The notes beneath the pieces were generated by a model. It was not told where the DNA came from. It saw only the letters and a list, made by a program, of their open reading frames with translations, and searched no databases. Below, piece by piece: positions 51,370 through 63,817 of a stretch of 64,000 bases of DNA (positions are counted from its first letter, which is position 1; the number at the start of each line of letters is the position of its first letter). A program made the translations under genes and the position numbers. The DNA lies in NCBI GenBank assembly GCA_025201805.1, contig MU619298.1, positions 107,910-171,909 of the forward strand. The letters are read 5' to 3'. The stretch is from Parasitella parasitica NRRL 2501 (lineage: Eukaryota > Fungi > Mucoromycota).

Positions 51370-51953
51370 ATGCGTACCTCACTTGTCTTGGTTGTTTTGT
51401 CTCTGTTCCTAGCCATCGTTTATGCTGGACCAGGTAAACATCAGTATTCTCAACCACACTCAAACTATGGCGATGGAAAGAAGAACAAGCAGTAAGTTTT
51501 TTTTTGCACTAATGCAGATGATGAACACGTCTGTCATGATCGCCGCGATTTTTGCTTAAAAAAAATACTCGATTTTGGTAGTCATATTCAGGAACACATG
51601 AAAGCAATGACTAAAAACGATAACGACGACGTGCCTGACTTGGGCGAACAAGACATGATATACTATTTGTTTGTAATTCATGACACCAATGGTGATGGAT
51701 ATTTGGATGGGCACGAATTGAGAGCTGCATTTACTGATTTTGACGAACATGATGGAGAGGATCCCCTCACATTGCAAGAAGTGACCGACATGGTCGACCA
51801 CGTATTGCTGGAAGACGATAAAAATGGAGAGTAAGTGGCATTTGGAGAAAACTTGAATGTGATGTAGCAACAACTAACTTGTCTGTGTCTGTGTATAGTG
51901 GTTTAATATCATGGAGCGAGTATCTTGAGAGCCAATTGTACCATGACGATTAA
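51370..51953 (+). CDS. Secretory EF-hand protein (MCFD2/Ssp120-like)
   Basis: Signal peptide MRTSLVLVVLSLFLAIVYA; two EF hands HDTNGDGYLDGHE and DDKNGDGLISWSEYL. Confidence 0.85.
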
Positions 51954-52393
51954 AACGGATCTTTTTGCGCGCATCGTTCAAGGCAAATCGTTCAAGTTCC
52001 CCTTCAAACCATCTACCCCGCCCCTTTTTGGTCCTTGACCGTTGAATCCACAAAAAATTACGTTACAAAATTACACCCCCTTTTTGATATGCAATTTACA
52101 TGTATCTTAAAAAAAATAAACATAAACATAAACAAAGAAAATCAAGCTTTTTTTTTTAAGAAGTAATGATTTTCTTCCCGAGCCCATTACAGCCAGTGAT
52201 TTGATGTTATTAAAATGACCAAGATTTAAACGAGTATCGTCCTACATTTGTACTTGTCTCTGATATAAAAACGCGGCTATTTAAAAGGGGAAAAATTTTC
52301 ATTATAAAAGCTGCCTTGACATTGACAAGCTCTTGTTTTACTTCTTGTTCCTTTTCGTATCCGACTTTTCTCTTTTTTCATATACTAGACAAA

Positions 52394-53632
52394 ATGGAGC
52401 ACTTGAAAAATCTTCATTTTACACCCGAGACTCCTTTTGGATTGCCACTCTATCCTATCTTTGAAAAGGCATACGAAGCTGCCCTCGGTGAACCTGCATC
52501 CAAATTCAGGTACATTCCTTCAGTGACTCCATTGTCCACTGTGAATGAAGGTAAGTTTATTTTTTTTTCTTGATGCAAAAATTAGAGGTGGCAAGACGCG
52601 TTAACAGTATCTCGTTCTAGTTACCATGACATGCATCACCTATTTCATTGTCATCTTTGGCGGTCGCTTTTTAATGACAAATGTCGCTCCTTTTAAGCTT
52701 AAGGCCCCTTTTATGATTCACAATATCCTTTTGACTTTGGTTTCTGGTATTCTTTTGGTTTTGATGGTCGAGCAAATCTTCCCTGTCCTCTACCGCCATG
52801 GATTGATGGCTGCTATCTGCGCTGATGAAACCTGGACTCAACCTTTGGAATTACTCTACTACCTCAACTATCTCGTCAAGTATTGGGAGCTCATTGATAC
52901 CATTTTCTTGGTTTTGAAAAAGAAAAATTTGGGTAAGTTTTCTTTTTTTTAATGGGGAGGGGTCGTATATTTGTTTTGATGTAGTTGCTATGGATATCTC
53001 AGGTACACAAACTTTGTTAACCTAGCAACGAGTCAATATTCAGGGGTCATTTTTTTTTTCTCGATGTTGACAATTATTGATGCTTCCAAATACAGAATTC
53101 CTCCATTATTACCACCATTCGTTGACTATGGTCCTTTGCTTCACTCAACTCAACGGTAAAACCTCCGTTGTAAGTACACTAATTATCATGTGAAATTAAA
53201 AGTTACACTTGTATGGGATTCGGGAATACTAATCTTTTTGGCACACAGTCCTGGGTTCCTATTACACTTAATTTGACTGTGCATGTCTTGATGTACTACT
53301 ATTATTTCCGTACTGCTGCTGGTGCCAAGATTTGGTGGAAAAAGTATTTGACTACACTTCAGATCACCCAATTCATCATCGATCTTGTCGTCATCTATTT
53401 CTGTACCTATACCTACTTTGCCTTTACTTACTGGCCCCATTTGCCCAACTTGGGATCTTGCGCTGGTACTGAGACTTCTGCTCTCTTTGGCTGTGCTCTG
53501 TTATCTTCATATCTTGTTCTCTTTATCAATTTCTACCGTATTACCTACCAAGCAAAGAAAGCCGCTGCCCGCAAGCAAAAGCAGGAGAAGGAAGATCAAC
53601 AAAAATCAAGACCAAAATCAAAGAAAGTCTAA
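52394..53632 (+). CDS. Fatty-acid elongase (GNS1/SUR4/ELO family)
   Basis: KYWELIDTIFLVLKKK, FLHYYHH, NLTVHVLMYYYY, TTLQITQF and C-terminal KSKKV ER retrieval signal. Confidence 0.95.
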
Positions 53633-53739
53633 TCAAACTATACATATTTTATATATTTTTTTTTTATCTCTGTAATACATTTTCTTTAATTTCTTGCGTT
53701 CTTTTTTTTTTTTGTTGCCAGAGGACAAATACATATAAT

Positions 53740-55085
53740 TTACACGTGCTGCTTTCCATCCAGCCCCATAAATACTTGATATAAGATTTGAGCCCAGCTA
53801 TCCAGTGGTCCTGGAATACAGTATCGAAGGCAATCTTGTCCTCCAATATGTCCATCTGGCCGTAAGTTTGTTAATTTTGCTAAATCGATATAGACACCGC
53901 CTGCTGCTTCGACGATTTCACGGGCGATTGCATTGCGACGCTCTATTTCGCTCCATCCATGAGGCAGCTTTTTCAAATAGCTATCATCCAAGGCTGCCGC
54001 TAACGGCTCAGTCGCTTCGTCACAAAATGGGTGTCCGATACCAGTAGATCTGTACAATATTAAAGCTTTGGGATTTCCTTTACGCATAGCTTGAAGCGTT
54101 TTTATTAGCCCATCGATGAAGGCTTCGTCACTCTCAATCACTGGCGCTCGATTCAAAATCACAATTGGATAAGCTCGCATGATGCTCGGTAATGTGAATG
54201 GCCATTCAATGACATTTGCTTTTGGATGTCCATGGTTTTGGTCCATTTTTCGAACAACAGACAGGACATCATTGCGGAGATATCTGAGTCGAGTCTCTGG
54301 ACCTTCACAAACTGTATGATCTGTTTTTTTTTGACATGTCAATTATGGGGTTTGTATGCCGATTGTTTTACATATGACATACCTTTGCAGTTCAATTCTC
54401 CAAAACAAACAGTCGGTCCATCACGCAGCGTGTCTAAAAACAATTCATGCAGCTGATATTGCACCAAATCACCTACCAGCAAGAGATGACGACCTCGTAA
54501 CACTTGACACCAATGCTGCGAATCAACATTACTCATGTCACATTCGGATTTCCATGCATATCGAACGGCTGGCCGGACACCGGTGCCGCCTGATTTCTTG
54601 TATCTCCTATCACAGTTGCCATAAAGTGGATCTTGGAAATGCGGCATGGTATAGTGCGTAGTGTCCTCGACCCATGTGCCTGAAGTCCAACAATCAACCA
54701 AGGATCTGAATCTCTTGGCTTTGTCGGCTGTGTCCATGACAGATCCAGGAATGCCACCATTAAATTGAAACTCGGAAGCTGCTGCTGCTCGAGCCTTGGC
54801 TACCATCGCCGTCTGTAACACGTCCCGCTCTTGTGTCGATAAATGTGCTGTGGTATATTTAGTATTCTGCAGCAGGGCCATGCTGGGATGTGGGCCTTTA
54901 TACCAGGGAAAATCAGCATGATCTTGTTGCTGCTTTGATTTTGAACTGTTATGTAATGTGTTGGTTGAGGCAGACATAGCAAATGTGTGAAACAAATGAA
55001 GCAACAGAATGGCACACATTATATACAAGACGATGCGAGGCCAGCTTACTCTTCGCCACCGGGTTAAATCTATCAAGTTTGACAT
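53740..55085 (-). CDS. PC-esterase/TBL-like SGNH-fold type II membrane protein with degenerate catalytic motifs
   Basis: N-terminal TM helix; C..G.W, Y.W...C, LLLVGDL, YRST and RPDGH...DCLRYCIPGPLDSW motifs; one intron near 54320-54383. Confidence 0.8.
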
Positions 55086-56010
55086 TGTTTTTTTGCTTTG
55101 TTTTTGTTTGTTTTAGCAAAAAAAAAAAAAAGGCTTAAAAGAGAAGCGTAAAAAGAAAAGGTTTATTTAGTTACAACGACAAGATTGTTGTGTCACTACT
55201 ACTGTGTATCGATATCTCAACAAATGCTTATAATTGCTATATTTTCAAGATACGAAAAAGTCACCCTTCAATTGAAGCTGGCTCTTGCTGATCATTTCAA
55301 ACTACTAATTTGCTGGCTATCCAATTAATAGCGTTATTGCTAATTAATATAACTTGATTTAGATGCACAATTGATGATCTAAATATATAAAAAAGGCTGC
55401 TATCGTCTACTTGCGTCTTTAAATGTGAATATCTTGACTTCCTAATCCAATAGGTCTGACAAGGTTAGAGTAGCAACCTCAAATCCTAGCTTGTTTTTTA
55501 GGCCAGCTTACCATCCATGAAAAGGTTATATGGCATAAATCGCTATTTATAAAGGTGTGTCCCAATGGTGCTGCCCAAACTAATCTCCAAAAATAAATAT
55601 GAAAAGGCATAATCCCTGATTGATGAAGGTTACCGTTTCGACTTGGACAGCCGATTTTAATGAGTAAAACCTACAACTTGACCCTCTATCCGTGTGCTTT
55701 TTGAAGAAATAATGGAGCTTCTCCAAATGGAAAGACATGCATCATAAACCAGATCTTGCGAAAAAAAAAAAAAGACGTTATTTAAGAACCAGTTGATTTC
55801 CGAATGTTATGAACTGCAAATAGCAAGAGAAATCAGAAAAGCATCTACTTGAGCCACTTTTCAAGTCGTCGCATAATAACTATTAGCTAAACAATAACAT
55901 AATAATTTTCTTTCAACAAAGAATTTCAACCTTTAAGCAGAGCGAATCTCACAAACTAGGTTGATTAAAGTTCTTTTTTATTATTATTTTCACTACTATT
56001 ATTGCAGTTA

Positions 56011-57034
56011 TTATTCTGATTTATCTTGTTGGTCCTGAGATATTTCCTTCAAGGTTGCCAGCATTTGATTTCTAACATCTGTTGTCAACTTTTCAACCGA
56101 TTCCGAATTTTCGGGTATGTCCGTAGTATCGATAGGAGGTAAAACTAGTAAAACAAGGTTGGTTCTTTCCGTATTAAAATTGCACCAGGTCTGGAACACT
56201 TACTCTTAATTGTGATATTGCCATGGCCAAAGTGCTTTTGTTTGGCATTGTAGATGTCTTTGTAATTTTGAATGACGATGGGGATAATCGGTACTTTGGC
56301 CTGTGTTGCCATGTAAAATGCCCCCTTCTTGAACGGCAATAGCTCATTTTTACTACTGTTGCTTCGGGTGCCTTCAGGGAAGATCCAAACGCCTGTCTTC
56401 TTTTTATGAATATCAACTGCTGCTTGTTTTGCTTGCTTGATGGCGCTGTCACGATTACCGCGATCCAAGAAGATGGTGTTGCTCAGAATCACTGCAGTTT
56501 TGGAGGTCAATTGAATGTATGCTCGGGATATATCAAAATGCCGCCACTTACTAAACCAGCCCAAAATAGGGACCCATTTAATGGTTTTCTTTGCTACAAC
56601 AGCAGCTCTCTTGGGAAAGATATTACCCATAAACATGATATCCATGACAGTTTGGTGATTACAGACAAAGATGGCAGTTTGGCCGTCTTTAGGCAAATTT
56701 TCTGTCCCCTCGACAGTAGCCGTAACTGCTAAAAATGTCTTGTTCAAAAACGCTTCTACCTTACCCACGGTCCAATTGATCAAATGAGCTCGACCTACTA
56801 ATGGGAGTGCTACGCCAGCAATGATTCCCCAAAAAGCTGCCACTGCCATAAGTATGAAAGCAACCACCTTTCTATATAAAAACCCTCCCTTTTTTCTAAA
56901 GATGGCTTGAAGCACAATGGGTGCAAGAATTGAGGTGAATCCCCATGGAAATTTTATATTCAATTGTCCTGGATATAACTCTAAGTTCTTTGCTGATACA
57001 ATTGCATCCACCTATGCCTACCTGATTCTGTCAT
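56011..57034 (-). CDS. SLC1: 1-acylglycerol-3-phosphate acyltransferase (Slc1/PlsC)
   Basis: NHQTVMD, FLDR, FPEGTRS and LLPFKKGAF motifs. Confidence 0.92.
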
Positions 57035-57438
57035 TGTTTGTCTTCCAGGAGTGTTTATTGTTAAACGTATGAGAAAGATGTTTCAAATCGAAAAAAAAAA
57101 AAATATAATGTGCCTTTTTATAAGAAAAAACAGATTATGTTGAGTTGCACGTGAATCACTGTAATCTTTCTCGATCAATTTGGATCAACAATAGCCGCAT
57201 TCTGGGGCAACTCCTTCCTCCCTCGTTGCTTTTGTGCGGGTTACACTTGGTCCCTTTTCAACGAAATGTTTGGCATTCACAGAAAGATGGAAGTGACGTA
57301 TAGGCATCCTTGGTTTTGAATATCCGTTTTATTGAGAATGAACACACACACACGCACACACACAAACATAAACGACAATGCCAACTTATGTTTTAACTTT
57401 TTTCATCTTTTTCTTTTGAAATCACGTAAATTAGCATA

Positions 57439-58685
57439 ATGATTTTATTAGACTACCACAACGTTATTATCAAAAATACACTGGAGACAAGTTTCAAAGA
57501 GCAGATTTTATTAAAAAAGTAAATTCGAAATGTGGATATGAATATAATAATTTACTATTTTTTTAGGGAGAAGGTCGAGCCTATTGATATGACAGTAGCC
57601 GATTTCGACGGCGTTACTTATCACATCTCTACACCCGAGTCCAACGCTGTCATCCTCATCTCATTAGGCTGGGCATGCGCTCAAGAACTTTTCTCTTATG
57701 GAGCCAAAGAGGTATTGAAACGCGAGTATGGTAAAATGCTTCTGGATACTCCCGAACACGGCTACGATGTCACTCTTTCAATCGATATTGAACAAGTTCC
57801 TACTGAAGATGGTAACTACAAGCAAATATGACTGTACATTGCATGGTACTCACAGATGTATATTTATATAAACTTCAGAGGACAGAGACGAACTCATTAG
57901 AAAAGTATCGCTCTTAAAACGCAACATGTTGGCGGCTCCTTTTGAAAGAGCATTTGCAGAACAAGAGCAATGCGATAAGGAAGAGAAAACCGAGATTGAT
58001 TCCGAGTTAATGGCTGTCCATTACCGTAAAGAAGAAGCCATCTATTTCAAATCCAATTTCGATCGTATTACAGTCATCTTCAGTACAACATTCAAAGATG
58101 AAACCGATAAAATTTTTGGAAAGGTCTTTTTGCAGGTAGAGTACTAGCAACGACATGATGAAAAAAGACCAAGTTTAGTTGACGCAAGATGACAGGAATT
58201 TGTGGATGCCCGTCGCAGAGTACCTGCGTTGCAAAATGCTCCTCAAGTCTTGTGCTCAATCCGTGAGCCACCTATGGAACTTCGTCATTTGAATTTGAAA
58301 GATAGCAACGATGTAAGCTATGTTACATTCGGTAAGTATGAATTATGTGGTAGTCTAATGACATTGACATTGACTCTCCCGTCTGCAACAGTTTTGTCTC
58401 CTAGAAATTTTGCCAGAGGAGACGTGCGTGAAGAAACTATTTCTCGCATTCAAATTTTCCGTGATTATCTTCATTACCATATCAAATGTTCAAAGGCATA
58501 CATGCATACTCGAATGAGAGCTCGTGTCCGTGATTTCTTGAAGGTACTAAACAGAGCCAAACCAGAAGTTCAAAACACTGAAAAGAAGACTGCCAGGTAA
58601 AATTTGCATTTTGTGTCCAATGTGTTTTTCATGCTAACAATCAATTGACTAATACAGTGGAAGAACTTTTATTCGTCGATCCTAA
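57439..58685 (+). CDS. ARPC2: Arp2/3 complex subunit ARPC2 (p34/Arc35)
   Basis: MILLDYHN, ADFDGVTYH, KVFLQEFVDARR and FRDYLHYHIKCSKAYMHTRMRAR. Confidence 0.95.
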
Positions 58686-58893
58686 ATTACTATATACGTT
58701 TAATAAAAACACATATAAAAACATTAATCCAGGCTGTAAAAGAGAAATTCTTGTCTTCTCATTTATCTAATCTATTATCGATAATTAGAGCCTTACTATA
58801 AATTCCAGAAATTACACTGAATTATTGATCAAGTCATGCTGCTCTTCCGTTTAAAAAGTCAGCAGAATTTTGTTGTTTATTCCTCTTTACCCC

Positions 58894-59411
58894 ATGTCGA
58901 CTTTGAAGCAACTACTGAAAACTAAACCTCAAATCACATTGGCGTTATTAAAGCCTGATATTTGTGCGAGTGCTGCTCTACCGCCAAAAATCAGACAGGC
59001 TATCCAAGCCAAAAATCTAGAAATAGTCGAAGAACGTGATGTTTTATGGACAGAGCAACAGGCAGGAGAATTCTATACAGAGCATCAAGGGAAATTTTTT
59101 TATCATCGTCTGTGTGGTTATATGACAAGTGGGCCTTTTAAAGCAATGATATTAGCTTCACCTAATGCCATCAAAGACTGGAGAGCTTTAATAGGGCCTA
59201 CACACCCTGTAAGGTAAAAAATACAAACCAAAGAGTTGTTTTTTATTCATTCGAATAACCTGTCAAATCTATCTATAGAGCCAGAGTAAATCAACCTGAC
59301 ACACTAAGAGCGTTATATGGACTTACAGATACACGGAATTCATTTCACGGGTCTGATTCAAACGAGTCGGCTAGACAAGAAATCAAATTCTTCTTTCCTC
59401 ATGCATTTTAG
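58894..59411 (+). CDS. Group II nucleoside diphosphate kinase (NME6-like)
   Basis: [30 protein letters not shown] and [19 protein letters not shown] (catalytic His). Confidence 0.88.
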
Positions 59412-60168
59412 CTTTTATCGATCTATGTTCACAGCTAAATAAACCAAGAAATATATCCCAAAAACAACGACATCTTACGGGAAGAAACAATTTGAACTCT
59501 GCTGGCAATTCATCCTCTCCATAGATTCTATCTGTGAAGTAAATACGTCTTATCCTACAATTGGCATGGATTGTCACTCGGCTTGTTTCGCTATAATTCG
59601 TTCCATAACCCTTTTTGACATAGTCTCCCAGATTGAAAACAATTTGATTCCATCCTGGATCCAAGCGCATTGGCATCGTGGTAATATAAGGTTTAACGCG
59701 AGTTATCATTTGATAATTGGATGCTCGAAAACGACGAGTTTCATCTTTATCATCCAATACCTGAATCTCGAATGAAAAATATTTTTCGAGGTTTTTGACA
59801 ATAAGCACAAGATAGGGCAGTTTGATGCCCAGTGTTCGTTGTGGATGAGGAGGACAGGTGATGTATGTATTGCTTAGGTTGGGTGACACTAATTCAATCA
59901 CTGTGCTTCTTATAAGATCATCAGAAACACACTCAATGTGTGCTTCCTTGTTATCGTATCCTTCTTGTTCTTCTTCAGGGATATGACAGGACCAAAGCTG
60001 TAGAGGATCGTTGCTATGGAATCACTGTTATTCTCTTTTTTAACCTGCACTTCATGTCATCAGCTACCCTAAACTGTATAAAATGGAAAGAAAGCCAGAC
60101 TGATTATTATTAATTATCTGAATTACACTTGTTTGCTAGTTACTTACTTGAAATGTGTTGCGAAACAT
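59408..60168 (-). CDS. CFAP20: CFAP20/BUG22 (DUF667) homologue
   Basis: MFRNTFQ|[34 protein letters not shown] and [11 protein letters not shown] motifs; last micro-exon IDKS*. Confidence 0.93.
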
Positions 60169-60553
60169 GTAATTGCTAGCAAAAAAATAAAAAAATAAAA
60201 TAATACATTTGTACAAGACTCTAGTGGTGGTGTGGAATGTCAAGTCAACCACCAATGGCGGTCACTGACATTCTAATCATGTCCAAATGCCTAAACTGTT
60301 TGTCTTTATGAAAGTAACTAATGGGTTGTACAAGCTATCCAAACAAGATAGCCTTGTTAAATAAATTCTAATTGAATACTGTAATGGTATATCAAGCTAA
60401 ATACCGAAAGAAGAAACAGATGATTTAGGTTACTTTTTATAAACGATATACAGTATAAATCGAAATGTCACTTACTCAATAGTGTCAAAGTTAAAAATGT
60501 AGCGCTCGATTAATATTGAGTTATCCCTACTTTTTATATCTGTTAACTTAGCT

Positions 60554-61780
60554 TCAAAGAGTATTGCCTCCATCGAAAGGCGAGCCCAGTATCTGTTTCA
60601 GTACAAAAAAAATAGGGCTAAATTGTTAAATTGTGTGCGCTTGGCAGTGGTGGGGTTTGGGTCGAAACAAGGGAAAGTAATACCAAAAAAAAAAAGGCAA
60701 CCAAGACCAGCAAGACCAATTGCAAGTGCTGAGACTTGGTTGCGGCACAATGTCTTGAAAGCATTGGGACATTCGTGATTTAAGCAAAGAAATGAGCCAG
60801 TTGTTCGCTGTATTTTGCCATTGAGAGCAGCCACAGGATGAGACAACTTGTGGAAGCAGAAAATACACGTTTGCGACGTATTATGTTTACTTGTTATCAG
60901 TGCTGGTGTATAGCGGCCATGTCGCTGCAAAAAATAGTCTTTATTAATGCTCAACAGCTGATGGTTTGAAGCAAGCCTATTCACACCACACTAATGCGCG
61001 CGCATCGTTGCGCTCATTCTATTACAACCAATCCATGACAAAAAGAAGAAAGCGGCTGGAACTCTCTTACAGAAAAGGATCTGACAGACTAGCAGCTTAC
61101 GAGAGAAAAAGTTCTGGCGCAAAGAAGCCGATTATGTTTGTCGGAGATCGTGGATATGGATTCAGCTCTCGCATCAAAGGACACAAACGATTTTGTGGGT
61201 TCTGGAAACAGCCAAAATCCTTCTCCATCTTCAAAACTCTGTGCCCGTCTTCTATGGTCTTCTTTTTCCGAGTCAACGAATTTGTAAAAGTAGCCAAGCC
61301 GGTATTTTTATTGGTTTGCTTGGAGCCTAAAGTGAGAGCGCGAGGTAGAGTCAAGTGTTCAAAAACATCAGCTTCCACAAATTCTGTCCAGTCTTCATTA
61401 TTCTTCTTTGGACTTACAGCCTTTTTATTCTGCGTATATACGGTGTTTAACATTGCTGTAAGTTTTCCTGGACTCTTGATTTTTTCCTCTGCTTCTTGCA
61501 GTACACCGTTGGGTATTCTAGTACTTTTCAATAAAGAGATGTACAGCTCATCATAGTCTCCATTTTTCTTTTTGCAATGTAAAATTGAGCATAGAAGACA
61601 GATTCGAAATTGCAACTACAGGGCATTCCAGTAATCCGTTTTCTCTTCGAATGTCTGGCCTTTGCTTCGAAACCCATTGGATGGCTTCAGAAACGAAGCT
61701 GGAGGGTTGATGATGGTTGAGCCTGCAACATAACATTCTAAATGTCTTTTTTTGAACTTCATGTTTGGCAGGCATACAAT
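60554..61780 (-). mobile_element. Fanzor1 (eukaryotic TnpB-like RNA-guided nuclease) relic with internal inversion
   Basis: TnpB-type C-terminus NTSQTCIFC...CLNHEC...R(N)QVSALAIGL on the minus strand. The IMFVGDRG.G.SSRIKGH segment lies on the plus strand between GCTG/CAGC breakpoints. The 5' boundary is approximate. Confidence 0.75.
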
Positions 61781-63730
61781 AAAGCTAAGAAAAAAAACTT
61801 GAATCTTGTCTTCTTTGCTAGTTTTGGATGGGATATGGTGTTTGGAACCAGTTTTGACCTGTGTTGGTCTAAATTCTTAATTTATTAATCTACCGTGCCC
61901 TTAGCCTGCCAATTCAAGCTGTAGCTGCGATTTCAGAAATTGCTGGTTTGTTGTCAATGTTTGGATTATGTTTTGCGCTGTCTTTTTACTGTCTTAGTTG
62001 TTCATTTTGCTGTTGCAACTGAAAGTATATTGCATTGAACATGGAATTTTGATGAGGGCTATGCCCAACCTCTTTGTTATAATTGCTGTTGATTGTATGC
62101 ATCACGAAAGTAAATTGGCTGTTCAAGTGCTGAGTAGTTCGCAAGACTGACTGGTCTGACATTTTTAACTTTCAATCATCAATAGCAATAGGGCGTCTTT
62201 TGCGACTATTAAAAGCGAATGACAAAGATGATATGTTATCAGTGAGATTAAATGCGAAAAATAGTGGTTGATGTAATTTTTTTTAATCGAATGAATGGAA
62301 AATGTGAAGATTTATACATGATTTTTAAATCCAGGGCTCTAATAATGAACGAGATTTGGTCAAGTCAGGACTTAGTTTTGTCTCAAATGCAAGGAATCAT
62401 TCAGTATCTTTCACTACCTTTTAAAGTTGGGAGGTTTTGATTTTTTTGAATTTTGTTTTTACTTAAGATACTGTATCCATCTATCCATTTTTAACATTAT
62501 GATGCATATAATATACAAGCCTCTTCATTCACATCTACACGGTCCAAGACTATTTGATGCAAGATTTTCCTTTCTCAACACCCATAGATAGAGCTTCAGG
62601 ACAAGTTCAAAAGAGCTAAAATATCTACATCATTCTATAGTAACAGTTACGCTGGCGAGTAAAAAGCTGCAGATGTTGAAATTTTTAGATAACAAAGAGA
62701 CAAGAATCATTGGATTATTCCCTTTGGGTATGATTTTTATTTCAACAAGTCTGAAAACTCGCTACAAAATTTATACACCTACAACCTACATGGTTCGCGA
62801 AACGAAAGTACGCTCAATCTTCAAAATAAATACCAATTAAAGCAAAATATTCGCCCTATATAACCATAAATAAACAATGTGCCATACAACCTAAAGCCAT
62901 TATTGTTTAGAATAACATAATATAGTCAGAAAAAATACAATTAGAACTGAATATATTTATTTTGCTATTCCAAGATTGAATGAGGATTTAAATTGGTGTA
63001 CACTTTGAAGGTATTTATAGTTATTTGACAGCGCCGCTGCAATAAGACCATGATCTAGGATGAGAGATAATTAGGTACGCCTTGAACAAATCCCTAGGAG
63101 CTTGGTGGATCAGAGTTTCCAAATGACCAGTAAGACAAGAGCATAGATACGTATAAAGGATAGAATGTTGTTCCTAGTAGCTTTGATGGAAGAACATTCA
63201 TCAGGATTAAACACCGACCCCAGGAACCAAATGTCATAGGATATCACCACTTTGTACTGGGATAAAGATTCGCCATTCAATGGTAGTACCACTTATGTCT
63301 CTTTGCCATGTCTAAATAAAGTCATTCCATTCTACTAGCATTTCTACTCATGCTCGCTTTATGATGTATTATACAGAGTATAATACATTACCGCTAAAAT
63401 TTGATCTGTATCCTAAACAAAGAGCAAAGTACAATTCTAATAGTAGGTACCTTGTGTATGTCTCCATATGAATCGATAGGTGATATACGGCATAATACGG
63501 GCTAAAAAACCATTTTTGTATACCTTTATTTTTGGATGAAATAAACACCAGCAAATCTGAAGTGTTACCTCTTTTCTGCTTAAAGACATAACTTGCAATT
63601 ACTGATGTCTTTGCAAACTATTAAGCGATGGATACACAATTTTCAGCCAAAATATTTCCCGTTTTTTGAACTATTCTACAATATATTCAATTCTCAAACA
63701 TTTCTGACCATGATTCGGATTCTGCGATGT

Positions 63731-63817
63731 TTGGACCCCAAACCTCATATTCGATTTTCAATTTTCAACTTTGGGTCAATCTTTAGGGTCATTTTTAGGT
63801 ACGATTTTGGGGTCCAA
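63731..63817. repeat. 12-bp perfect inverted repeat TTGGACCCCAAA/TTTGGGGTCCAA
   Basis: Arms at 63731-63742 and 63806-63817 in gene-free decayed DNA. Confidence 0.6.

Noticed and set aside
52394-57034. Lipid gene cluster (ELO, PC-esterase-like, SLC1)
   Set aside because: Ordinary housekeeping genes from different pathways; proximity alone is not evidence of a cluster.
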